A DNA stretch of 64,000 bases from NCBI GenBank assembly GCA_043228905.1, contig JBHGNT010000001.1, positions 992,001-1,056,000 on the forward strand, in the 5' to 3' direction. The stretch's first letter is position 1. Each line of letters opens with the position of its first letter. The notes under the pieces are model-generated. The model searched no databases. It was given only the letters and a program-made list of their open reading frames with translations, and was not told the DNA's origin. A program made the translations under genes and the position numbers. Shown piece by piece: positions 10,669-23,422 of this stretch. This stretch comes from Azolla caroliniana (Eukaryota > Plantae > Polypodiophyta).

Positions 10669-12854
10669 TATATATATATATATATTTATTTATTTATTTA
10701 AAGTCAAGATTCATTGTGGTATTAATGAAAAGATGCCCAAAGGCTACAAAGAATCCATACAATAAATTACAACCCTCCTACCCACACGAATTAACATGTC
10801 TAGTAGCGGAAACCCTCATACATGGTCCTTTGAAGACAGTGGGTGCAAAAAGCCATATTGGTGGAGCATATCTCCATTTTATTCTGTCCCCAAAATGGGT
10901 GAAGACCTTTGCCTTTTTCCAATTTTCTCGAAATTGTTGCTTGCGAAACACAACATTAGGTTCACCATGTATTGCCTCATATTGACCTCTTAGAGTATGC
11001 AGGAGCATCAACCATATCTCCTTGACTAATTCAACCGCATCGGTTTGACTTTCTGAAATACACACTTACATCTTGCCTTCCATAATATCCAAACTACTAA
11101 AGATGATATCGTAGACCAAACCATGTCTTCTTCCAAACAATGGATTGGTGTGGTATAAGAGGCCTCCAATGCATGTCTTCCATCGGAGAGGAGAAGAAAA
11201 TGAACATAGTCACTTTCATAATTCTGTATTTCTTCAACCAACCTTCCCCATCTCACAAAACCCCATGTTTACCATAAATAGGATACACAATTCTTAACAT
11301 TCATTTCCATATTGCTTTAGCTATAGGACATACCCATAAAACATGGTGAACCGTTTCACTAGGAAAACCACAACTGTCACATTTTAAATCATGGCAATGC
11401 CCCCTCATTCATGACTTCACATGAATGCCATAATGTACCAACAACCATCTAAACAAGAGAACTTTTCTGGGAATTTGCTTGGCCCATAGCCATTTCCAAT
11501 AAGCAATCAACCAAGAGTGACGTACATTACCCAAGCTCCAAATTTTACATGTTGTTGGCGTAACAACCACACACCTCCTTAGCAACTCTCTACCCATTTT
11601 TACTGAGTACTGAAAAAATGGGTTCTGCTTACCTAGATTTCCTTGTGCTAATATGCTTTGTCATTTCCATTCGTTGAGATCCCACAAAAGTTTGTCAATG
11701 GTCTTATTCTCGTAGACCCACAAATTCAGATAAATTGTTTATATCATTTGGGTGTGGACTCAACATCAATTTTTTATCGTCTTTCCACAATATACGACCA
11801 TGCAACATACTCCCTTGAGATACAACTTCGTCTTCCATAAGGATAGAATGAAGCCATCCAGAATGCAAAACATTGAAATAAAGCCAGTCACAAGAGTTTT
11901 TATAACCCTTGACCCCCAACAAGACATGTAAAGGTGAAAACATACCATACCAAAATAGACCATTTGAGAAGGCTGAAAGGAATACATCGTAAACACTCTA
12001 TCAATTTCTGCATACATAATGTTTCCACCCCAAATTGTGTGACAACCCTAGGTTTTGTTTTCCATCATCAAAGAAGAAAATTTCATCCAATTCCTTGCTG
12101 ATCCAACTTCTCTTCTATCAAAATGAGCCCAGTTCAACCTAGTTCTTTTTCCTAACATTCTCCCCTCCTTTGATAGAAACAATGGGTTCATTATGAGGGG
12201 TTGGCACAACCATTCCTCCATACATGATGGTAGAGATTGGACCAAGTTATGTTTCAAATCCCACCATGCTTTCATGATACCCCTTAAAAACTTATCCTGA
12301 CGAAAAATATAAAGGGAATGATTAAAATCTGTTAAAAACCACCATCTAATATTATCTTGCCTGTTGCCACATGCAGAAGGCATAACCTTAACCATTCTGT
12401 GCCTTATGATTTTTTTCCATGGCTCCCCACCTGGTAACAAGCCTCTTATAATAAATTTCCCCCAAAAAATCGTACATTGTAATATAAGATCAATCAATCC
12501 AAGAGCCCCTCATCCTTTGTAGCTGTAATAACTTTCCAATATTCTTTGACTCTCACATATGAACCATCTTTAGATCCCCAAAGGAAATTTCTAATAAGCC
12601 TTTGTACTTGTGAAAAAACTGAACGTGAACACAACCAAGCCGACAAAATGTACCACATAGAAGCCAACAATACTTGATTGGCAACAACAACCCGACCAAC
12701 CAATGACAATTTAGCAACATTCCAATATAACAATTTCTTCCTTATAGCAAGCAACAAAGGAGCTATATGATCTTCTAGTGAAAGGTTAATTCCTACTTGA
12801 CATCCCAAGTATCTTACACACTTACCATGCGGAAGCCATTGAAACCCTTCCTGT
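10669..12854 (-). mobile_element. 5'-truncated LINE (L1-like ORF2 C-terminal half)
   Basis: RYLGCQVG, LSLVGRVVVANQVLLASMWY, RNFLWG and zf-RVT-like remnants with stops. (TAAA)n/(TA)n 3' tail on the minus strand. Probable TSD GGACACCACAA (10658-10668) / GGACACTACAA (12855-12865). Confidence 0.85.
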
Positions 12855-13129
12855 GGACACTACAAGGGGTTTACTATGGTACTTACCTAGAACCCCACCG
12901 ACTTATTCCAATTAATAACAGTTCCAGAAGCATAGCAAAAACTATCAATAACCCGATCACATACAACTTAATATTTCTAATCTAAAATATTGGTCACATG
13001 AGAAATGCATTTTAAAAACGTCACCATGTCATGGAGAATGACTTTGTATTAGGCATAGATGGCAAATTGCTAATATTTAATATGGTATACCTACCACTTT
13101 TGATCATATTGCCCTTATATCTTGTATCT

Positions 13130-13790
13130 TTAAAAAATTTGCACCCTTCTAATGTCTTCACTTAGGTTGACATTCATAATGGAGACAATACAAACGAAGA
13201 AGAAGGCAAAGGGAAAAGGACAACTTCTCGATGTGTTATAGCCACTTTGAATACCACGTCACAATGTCCATTGTCCTAACAAACATATCGACAACGATGC
13301 TTAGACCTCATTCACAAACAACTTTTATGACTACCTTGATCAACTTATTGTTGTGCATTTCAATTACATCCTTGTATATTCAAACACACAAAGGGCAACT
13401 ATCTCGTCTTGTCCAAACCTCATGAACATGACCTAGAAGCCACAATCAAGACGCGTAAGTTCAACCAAACCACTCTTAAATTCTTGAGTTTTTTCATCTC
13501 TCTCAATGGAGTCTTTATGAACCATAAGAAGGTAAAAACCATCGCAAAACGCCAAAGGTAGTCAAGGTTGTTCAACACTTACTTGACCCAACTAACATTT
13601 TGTCAATGTTTTGTCAAGTACTAGACCATCATCACTACTCCACTAACTTAATATGTAAGAACCCCTTGCTCCTACAAACTACTAAAATGCAATGGGCATT
13701 TTAGAGACTAACGACATCTTTCACTAAGGCTCCAATATATGTGCACCCAAAACCCACACAACCATACAATGTTGAAATTGGATCACATCA
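13130..13790 (+). mobile_element. Highly degenerate Ty3/gypsy RT-RNase H remnant
   Basis: Fragments CYSHFEYHV, LKFLSFFISLNG, KKVKTI, SFTKAPIYVHP in the expected gypsy order. Confidence 0.6.
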
Positions 13791-14439
13791 TTGTTAGTTT
13801 TCTTGAGTTATCTTTGCTAAGATTTTGACATGGAAACCATTTGTAATTACAATTTGAAGGAGATGGGGATGGCATAACACAAGTATCCACGCGATGCATA
13901 ATGCACATATTCCAATGGTACAAGCAATGCACAAGATTGTTATAGAAAGACGATCATAACCATATATAACAACTTCAAAGAATAATTAATGGTTCAAGGG
14001 AAATGCAAGCTCTTACAAAAAGATGCACTCTCCTCCCTCACTCTACTCTTGTTAAAGGAAGAGGCTCACATGACAATTTTTGTCCCAATGATGGAGAAAA
14101 GAGTGTTTATGTTTCAAAACAAGTATGTTTGATAATCAAAATCTTATTGTTAGGCTACATTTGGTTAAATATGGAAATTCACATGACCCGTTAAGTTCTA
14201 CATCAATGATGAATGACTTACCATGAATATACATGCGCATATATCATATACATAATCTACACACAAAATACATACACATAGCATTATTATTTTTAGGGAT
14301 ATGTATGCACACATACAATGAATGGATAAAACGAGTTTTGTAGAGTCAAAGTTTGTAAGTGTTATATTGTTGAATATGATGGATGTGAAGCATTGAATAG
14401 GTTGCTTTTGTAGTGCAATTTTATAAAGTTTAATTTCGT

Positions 14440-17400
14440 TAGCTAAAAAGAAAAGCTAAAAGGAAAATGAAATGCACATTAAATACGTAATATGGGATCT
14501 TCGTTGCCTTGAGTTGTCAAATAACGATTGGTTAGGATGAATTTATGGCAATTAAATGTGTCTGAAATCGTCAACTCAAAACCTTCTAAAGTACATAAAT
14601 AAGTTTGTTGTAGTTTGTACACGCACTTGTCACCATTCAATCGGTCTTTCCATGACATGTCAACATTTTGATGACAATAGGTCCATTGGTTACTACATTG
14701 TATCCAGTGTCCACAAGATGAAACTTTTAGAAAATCATGTTTTTTTCTTGTTAGCTTACAACATTGTTGCATGTCAAGTCCACAAATTTGAAGACTTCGA
14801 GATTGAAATTTCGTTCTGTGAGTCTTGAGAGAAGCTTTGGACAATGTCACAAGTTATAACTTATGACATAGGGTGAAACCCTTCAAGAAACAAAAAAAAA
14901 TTATTAAAATTGTTTTGACATCCATTGGCGATTGAATGTTTTGTAAGTCGTCAAGGTATAGTAATATGAGTACATATGGTGTAAAACCTTTCTTTTTACA
15001 TGTCGATGAAAAACTAGTAAGCAAATATGTTCATGTGCAATGTAATGTCTCCTAAGTTTATGTGAATTGTCATTGAGTTCTCCATAACAATTTATGGTAA
15101 TTGTTTTGTCAACTTCACCAACCTCACTGTGAATGCTACCCAACAAAAGCAACCTTTAATGACTTATTGTGCCTTATGGTCAAACCACTAGGTTGGATGC
15201 ATGCATTGTCCTTGTTTACGACATGGTGCAATGACATATTTTTCAATGTCCTTGTTTACCATGGTTGGCTTCAAGTCGTCATGATACTAGATTCTAAAGA
15301 CGTAGTAGAGAAAAAAGAGTCAAATACCACATCAAATTCCATGATACTCAAATGATGGTTTTGGATGATAGACTAGTACAATACAAATGTGCTATTTATC
15401 ATGAACATAACGCGTATTATTGTACATGTATATTAGTTGTATAACTTGTATTGATGTCAAATGAGATGTGGGAGCACTTATGAGGACTTGCATTTAGCAT
15501 AACAAAAGCATGGAAATGTTGCTAATGTTGTGGCAAAGTGTGTAAGACATCCATAGTTCTACTATTGTATTGTTGTATTTGTATCACTTACATGAAGACA
15601 CTAAAATTTGACATTCGATTCAAGCTAGAAGGCTAAGTATTGTCTACAATGTTTAGCAAATTTAACAGTTGTCATATTGGATCCAAAATATAACTAAACA
15701 TATAAAGCCATAGAATGAAGGCTACCCCATAATATTTGATTGTATATATCCATATGTATGACAAATCACTATTATAAGAATGGGAGGAAGTTTTTTCTTG
15801 TGTCCATCTTGTGATTGATCAATAATGGAAGCAAGGCCATGTGGATAGATAGTGACTAAAAGCTTGCAAGCGGTGTGTTTTTATCCTTAATTGTGGTCAA
15901 ATTTGTACTCATGGACCATAAATTACCCAATTGGAATAGGTAATCTTGGAACTCGATAAGGATTCAATATTGGTATTGTACCCAAAAATTGTGAGACCTT
16001 GTTTGAAGATGGTCATGACTCATGACTCACTGATATTTCTATATCAAAAATGGGCAAGTTGAGAAAATATTTATCTAAGATTCAAAAACCAAGTTGGCTT
16101 CTATCTATCAAGCAACTTGTCGTTGATGCTCGTTTGCCATAAGCAATATTTGGGATTCTCACAATAGAAACTAAGCGATGATTAAGCCAACCACGATTTT
16201 AAAATATGAATTAAGAGTTAATATTCAATCGAAATAACTTTTTTAAGATAGAAGAGTAAATAAAGATTGGCCTTATCCAACCCATTAATTGAACTTCCCC
16301 CACTTATAGGTGTGTATTTATGTTTTAAGCTAGAGAGTGAAACCATTGGGTAGGTTTAGAATTAAAGCGAATCATCAACTTTTTGTGTACATGATTATTC
16401 AAAGCTTTCATTGCACAAAACCTTATTCGATAAAATGGCAAAACTACTTGGCGCCAAATGCTCGCATTAATACCACGTGAGAATATCATTGCAAGCCTAA
16501 GTTGGTGAAATTCTTTGATACTCCGCGCCATTCACACATAACACCTAATAATTGTACAAATTTCACCAACGGTTTCATCTACTCAAGCTTGAGATTTTCA
16601 CCTACACTCAAAATAAACATGGATCTAACAAGTGGCAAAAGTATGCATGGCAACAAATAAAATATGTAGCTTCATAGAGTTAATATGAACAATTTTAACT
16701 TGATGACATTAATGATGCATGTCTCGTTTAAGATATTTGGTTTGTAAGGGAACAAAATTTACCATGCCTAGTAGCACACTTGGAAATAATTTACTTTCTA
16801 GCAAAGCCGACAAGTGAATATTTTTTTCCATGGCTACAAATGACAACACAAGTCATAACATTGCTGTCAAGTTTATATTCACTTGATAATAGCTAATTGG
16901 TTCCTAGAAAACCAATTCAAATAACTAGACACACTTGTTTTTTTGTGGGATGCGACATTTCGAAATGGACATAGTTTGAGTTTGTATGCATCTTCCACCC
17001 TTTCCGAGGGCGGCACTTTCAATATCTTTTTTTCCATACTCATTGACTTCTTTCACATGAAGGGTGTCATAAAAGCTCTTCAATCGGTGCAAAAGCTATA
17101 AATGGAAGAACTTGAAATTGGGCTATATACAGAGATGTCAAGTTGTCGTCAAATTAGAATTTCAAGAAACAAGTAGAAATAATATGGATATATAATCGTG
17201 ATTCGTACATAAGGCATGGACTTACATGTGGTTATGACCCTACATTGCATAGGGTTATGTTTAAATCCTTGCCACAAATGCAATACTTTCCATCGGTCTC
17301 AGTGGTCATCATCTTCTCTACCAAGGAACATACATATATGTTGTTTGAACAAACTAATTCTCCAATTTCAAACTACCTTCTGGACACAACGTTGCTAGCA

Positions 17401-18300
17401 TGTCCTTTTGATGAATCGGGAATGTGAGATCCCTCCATTCATGCCTCCCCTTTTTGAATGGGTGGTGAGTTGAATGACCGCTTGATGAATCTCCATTGAC
17501 TTATCCAAGCCATCCTTTGGACCTACATCTAAATTATGCCAATCCACACAAATTTCATGGATGAGCTACCTCTCAAACCTAATAATGTCAAATGTCAATA
17601 TGGTTACACTAGTATTGAAATTATCACGGGTTATGATTCCTTGTAATAAAAGGCGATAATATATTATAACATTCCTTTCCTTCAATATTGCTTTGCCCAT
17701 GCTCTTATGTGAACCCACCGAGTCCCATCGCATGTTTGGCAGTATGATATTGTCATTCACTAAAATGTTGTTTCGATGTCTGGTAACTCATTGTTTATAA
17801 CCATCGAATAGTAAGAGGAACACAATACTATAGAAATAAACATTGTTTTATTGGATAAATTCCTACAAAATCTATGGTGACTTTCTCATAAATTCATATC
17901 ATTTTGAGCAATCAATCGAGCATTAAAGAAAAAGTTATATTGAGTAATATTGAGAATTACAGTCATAAACCACCACGACATACATGAACGAACCCAAGAA
18001 CCTTGTGAATGCTTCGGGAATACAAGTGGAAAGTCATTTTTGTTGTCGTTTTCATCAAACAACTTGAAGTATTGAGTGCAATCGATTTTATGGATCAAAC
18101 AAAGATCGTTGACAAAAGAAGGATGTAGAGTGGTAGGTCCTCATGCATCGTGGTAAATTTGTTGACAACAAGATTAAGACAACCAATTAAATTAAGTGCA
18201 TAGAATCCATAAAACATTCCTTGGAGGTTTCATTGTTACTGGAAGTTGACATAATTAGTTTGAATTCCAATGCATTTTTGTCTATTACAAAACTAGATTT
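14440..18300 (-). mobile_element. Very degenerate coding-like remnant, possibly a Mutator-like transposon
   Basis: Chain of broken minus-strand ORFs including ILNITQYNFFFNARLIAQND (weakly like the MULE first-Asp region) and Cys-rich pieces (YCICGK, WIQCSN). No termini found. Confidence 0.25.
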
Positions 18301-18715
18301 CTTTTATAATGGACATGAATTTGTCTGAAGGACGCGAAACCAAGGTATTCTTCGTAAAATTTCGAAAAAGGGGGGAATCTCTAGATCACTGAGAACGACA
18401 CTCTTTTTCTTTTTTTTAGAGCATTTGCGAAAATCCACAATTATGGATACCGAGAAGTGAATTGAAGACGCGCGATTACACAGTGTTAACGAACTAACGT
18501 GTGAATATCAGTAGTAGCAGTGGTGGTAGTAGGTCATGACATATGTCGGGTTCCAGTTAAGTGAGAATGGATTCATTCATCAAAGGTGAGAGTCGGTTGT
18601 AAGAACAATGCGGATTCGATGGCATGCTCGCGGAATTGATGGTTGAAACTTGAGTGGCCCATTCATACTTTAAAAAACATACATATGTATGTATTCGGGA
18701 GGAACAGACACAGAC

Positions 18716-18717
<2 letters not shown>

Positions 18718-18752
<35 letters not shown>
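18718..18752. repeat. (GT)n microsatellite
   Basis: Direct reading. Confidence 0.95.
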
Positions 18753-18754
<2 letters not shown>

Positions 18755-19365
18755 CCTCCATTCCATTCATGCATTCATTCATTCATTCGTATGGTATGAA
18801 TTTGGAGAAGCCGCTTTTCCTCCTCCTTTCTCCCTCTTTTTGACTGAAATTAAAGAGGGAAAAAGGGAGAACGGATAAAAAAGCAGAAAGAAGACATAAA
18901 AGCCCAAAAAGCTGATCCACGATGGCGATGGCGATGGCGATGATGCACACACAGTTCACTCTCACTCAACTAATGCCAGGACGGACAGAGGGGAGGTACA
19001 TAGTAGCGAAAAATGGCAAAATGTATGCCTCTCTGTGGCTGCAGAGCAGAGCAGATGAGATGATACACAGTAGGTGGCCCAGCCCCAGCTTCTCTTTTAC
19101 GCACCTAACTTAAATGCAGACAGAGACAGTAAATGCCTGCGCGGTTGCTCCACATAAAAAGAGAGAGAGAGAGAGAGACAGAGAGAGGCCAGCATGAATG
19201 AATGAATGAATGATCGACAGGGTCTCTCTCTCTCTCTCTCTCTCTAAAAGGAAGGAAGCCATTATTATTGCTTTTGTTCCAAAACACAAAAAAGACGGGA
19301 AACAAATACATACATACATACATACATACATAAGCAGGAAGAAAGAACTCACACACATAATACGC

Positions 19366-19424
19366 AGAAGAAGAAGAAGAAGAAGAAGAAGAAGAAGAAG
19401 AAGAAGAAAGAAGAAGAAGAAGAA
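19366..19424. repeat. (AGA)n microsatellite just upstream of the WAKL start codon
   Basis: Direct reading. Confidence 0.95.
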
Positions 19425-19441
19425 GCTTAAAAGAGAAATAA

Positions 19442-20373
19442 ATGATGGAGCTCTTCTTGGCCATGGCCTTTAGGCTTCCCTTCTATGCTGCTGCCTTCTG
19501 TGTCTGTTTCTTCTCCTTCGGGATCCTGCATTCCAAAGCAGACGCCTCCGAATGCCCGCCATGTGGCAAGCTCAGAGTTCCATATCCTCTGAGCACATCA
19601 CCATCCTGCGGCCATCCATACTTCCCTCTCCTCTGCACCAAGCAGGGAAGCCTTCAGATCCAAGCCATGACGGGCAAATACTCCGTCCAATCCATAGACG
19701 CCCCCAGCAGGACCATGATCGTCTCCACCTCACCATTCCTCGCTAACTCCTGCATCACCACCGACTCCGTTCTCTATGGCAATTTCTCTCTGGACCGGAG
19801 AACCATGTTCTTCATTTCGGAGAACAACACCGTCATGCTGCTCAACACATCCGCCCTCCTCGTGTACTCTCCGTTGCACTGTAACGATAAGAGCCCCTGT
19901 AGTATAGCCTTGCGGAAGTTGCCATTGCTGCACAGCTGTCGAGATCTCATGTGTTGCTCCTTCAGTACGCAGAGCGATGCCTTCTTCAAGTATTCATTCC
20001 CTGTGCGAGGCCAAGAGACAGGCTACATCAGTGTCGTGAATCTCAACTCCACCGATCCCATGGCATGGCACTTGGGGCTACAGCTGGGATGGGGGATTCC
20101 ACCTGAGCCCCCTTGTCAGCTCAATCCAAGTCTCCATGGAGACCTTCCATGTGGGAATAACTCTGTGTGCAGAGCTAACTCCACTGGTGGCTTGGCTTGT
20201 ATGTGTAATCCAGGCTTCATCTGGGACCCCTCCACCGGCACTTGCCCTAAAGGTACAGCTATGGCTCCTCCTTCCTTTATTGTGGGATTCTTCATTCCTA
20301 CTACCATATATATATATATACTCTACAGCTATAGCTATGGTGTAGCTAATTTGCATACCTTAAGGTTGAATGC

Positions 20374-20414
<41 letters not shown>

Positions 20415-22179
20415 CGTTAAGTTTGGATGTGCTGTATGTGTGTGTGTGTATGCTATGTATACATGTATCTACGTTTAGGTATGAGCTATTCCTGGAGAAA
20501 GGGTTGCATGTATGTATGAGTGTATGTGCTGTCTATATGCATTCTTCTGGTGTTGAGTATGTATGTACATACACATACATACGTATATATATATATATAT
20601 ATATATACATACATGAGTAGTTTTGAAGATCATGTTTATCTATCTCTACATCTGTTAGTTATTCTGACACTTTGGTGAAAGAAAATTGACCCTTTTGAAC
20701 TTGACATTTCTGTGTAGCTCCATATTGTGTTCGAAAAAGAGGAAGCGTCGAATGCCACAAGAAAGAATATGCCATTGGTGAGTCATTGAGCGTTCCGATT
20801 TGAAAAACTCTCTCTACATTTTTATGTCTACTGGCTAAAATGATTATTAAAGATTAAGGAAAAATTGATTCCTTCGATTGGATCTCTTGATTGTGAGATT
20901 AAGGAGTTGCCTTTCTTACCACCTAGCATGTAGGTATACTTTTCAAGGAAAATGTATGCAGTTACTACTTTATTAGGAACATTTCAGAATATTGCAAGAC
21001 CATATCATCTTTAAAATTTTTCCAGCCATTAATTATAAGCTTAATATATGAAAGTGCCATTCATTTTGACATTGAAGAAGCATGCCCTATGCATTTATAT
21101 TGATGTTGATTATTGGGTTTTTGTTTTTGTTCTATATAGGACTTTCACTTGGTCTATTTGGGAGCATTATCCTTTCCACACTCATTATATTCATTTACCG
21201 AAGGCGGAGAGCCTCGCAACGAGTCCGTGCAAAGCTCGTGAAAGAGAGGTCCATAATCCTTGCTACGAATAGTGGTGGGAAATCGGCACGTCTCTTTAGT
21301 AACAAAGACATGAAAAAAGCAACCAATGATTTTGCACGAGATAGAGTCTTAGGGTGTGGTGGTTTTGGTGAGGTCTATAAAGGCATACTTGATGATGGCA
21401 CTGAAGTTGCCATTAAATCGGCAAAGATCGGTAATGTCAAAGGAGTGGATCAAGTTCTCAATGAGGTTAAAATTCTCTCTCAAGTCAATCATAGAAGTTT
21501 GGTAAGGCTGTTGGGATGTTGTGTGGATAGTGAGTTGCCTCTCTTGGTATACGAGTATGTCCCCAATGGGAATCTTTTTGAGCACTTAAATGGGTATGGT
21601 GATTTAGATTGGAAGGTTCGACTGCAAATTGGATTACAATCGGCTGAAGGGTTAGCATACCTTCATTCTGCTGCATATCCCCCGATATATCATCGGGATG
21701 TGAAATCAAGCAACATACTTATCGACAAGTTTTTGAATGCGAAAGTTGCTGATTTCGGGCTCTCTAGGCTTGCAGAGCCTGACCTTTCACACGTGTCCAC
21801 ATGTGCGCAAGGCACATTAGGGTACCTCGACCCTGAGTATTATCGCAACTTCCAACTTACTGACAAAAGTGATGTCTATAGCTTTGGGGTCGTGTTGTTA
21901 GAGCTAGTGACTTCTCAGAAGGCCATTGACTTCACAAGGAACCAAGATGAAGTCAACCTTGCTGTCATGGTGCAAATCAAAGAGGAAGAGGATAGGATCG
22001 ATGATGTTTTTGACCCGAAACTTGTGAAAGAAAGTTCGGTAACAATTCGAGATTCGATGAGGTCGGTAACTCGTCTTGCCCTCAAATGCTTGGCGGAGAA
22101 CAGGCTCGATAGGCCATCCATGAAAGAGGTTGTCGAAACTCTCCAACAAATCATCTTATCCCTTGGTGCCACTGAATAA
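19442..22179 (+). CDS. Wall-associated receptor kinase-like protein (WAKL15/WAKL20-type), 3 exons: 19442-20252, 20718-20777, 21140-22179 (~636 aa)
   Basis: Signal peptide; GUB_WAK-like CPPCGKLRVPYPLSTSPSCG; EGF-like C..CMCNPGFIWDP..C; TM; RD kinase (GCGGFGEVYKG, VAIK, HRDVKSSN, DFG, GTLGYLDPEY). GT-AG introns, both phase 1, preserve frame. Confidence 0.92.
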
Positions 22180-23369
22180 ATTGACACGGTTGGGATCTGT
22201 TGTGTATAAAAAAGAAAAAAGGGCCACATCTCTGCAAATATAAAAGAAAACAAAAAGAGGAAAAAATTTGAAATTAGAGAATGGGTTATTCTTTTATTTC
22301 CAAAGTCATGCTTATATATATTTATATGTACATTACCTTATGGTTTAGTGCCTATTCCAAAGACATTCTTTTGAAACAAATGCAAGGATGTAAAAAAGTA
22401 CGGTGCCACATTCAATAGATGCTTCTTTTATCTCGCTCGTGTGACTTTATGATGTATCGATAAAGTTTGACATTGGATGTGACACAAATTTATGCCTTTT
22501 GAGTGGGTGGTGGCACCATGGCAGTAACTTTTGTAAATGACCAATGGTGAAGGACAATTGTTTCATAGTTTTTGGAACTTTTCCATGTTTTTTCACAATG
22601 TAGCGTTGAATCATAGTTCTTGATGTTACCCACTCATATAATGAGGTAAAGGTTCAAGTTGGTAATTTTGTTAAAGAAAGCTTTTGATTAGCTGAAGCAC
22701 ATCATATGATATGTTGTGATATGTCATAGAGGTAGATTGTCTACACCTCTTTTTGAATTCTATGATATGTCAATAAAACTATAGTACTATTACAATGTGT
22801 AAAACAGACCAAAAAGGTAAATGTTTATCACTTTGAAATTCACATGGACATACTAAGATGTTCTATTTGTCCATTGAAATATATACTCCTGGAAATGAAC
22901 AAACCATGTAAAATTCACATGCCTTGGCCAAGATGTTTTATTGTGCCGTTATTCACACGCATGCACCCGCACACACACATCACATTCTTGGAAATGAATA
23001 AAACAACTAGAATTCACATGTTTCCATGCCTTTCCTTCAGAACAACATTGTCCATGGGAAGTTTTGAACATTAATAGTGGCTACTCACTCTGACATGTAT
23101 TATGCGAAAACCTTATATGTTTTGGTCTCTGCGCGTAAAGTTATGTAGAAGGTACAAAGTAGCCCCCTCACATGTCTTATGTCAATACGTTATTGAAAAT
23201 AACTAGATATGTTGCCTCGTTCACCACATTCCAAATACTAGGATCATGTTGTAAACTAATCAATTAAGCATACTCAACAAAGTAATAAATTAGAATAAGG
23301 GACTAAAACAAGACATCCCTTACTTCTCTTCTTTGTTATGACATAAATAGTATTATGGCAGTAATTATC

Positions 23370-23371
<2 letters not shown>

Positions 23372-23420
<49 letters not shown>
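23372..23420. repeat. (AG)n microsatellite
   Basis: Direct reading. Confidence 0.95.

Positions 23421-23422
<2 letters not shown>

Noticed and set aside
18557-19473. Short ORFs with HTHT, CVCV, ERER and poly-R/S runs
   Set aside because: Translations of microsatellites.
20253-20620. C-terminal extension of the 392-aa ORF
   Set aside because: Read-through into a TA/TG-microsatellite intron after the GT donor at 20253.
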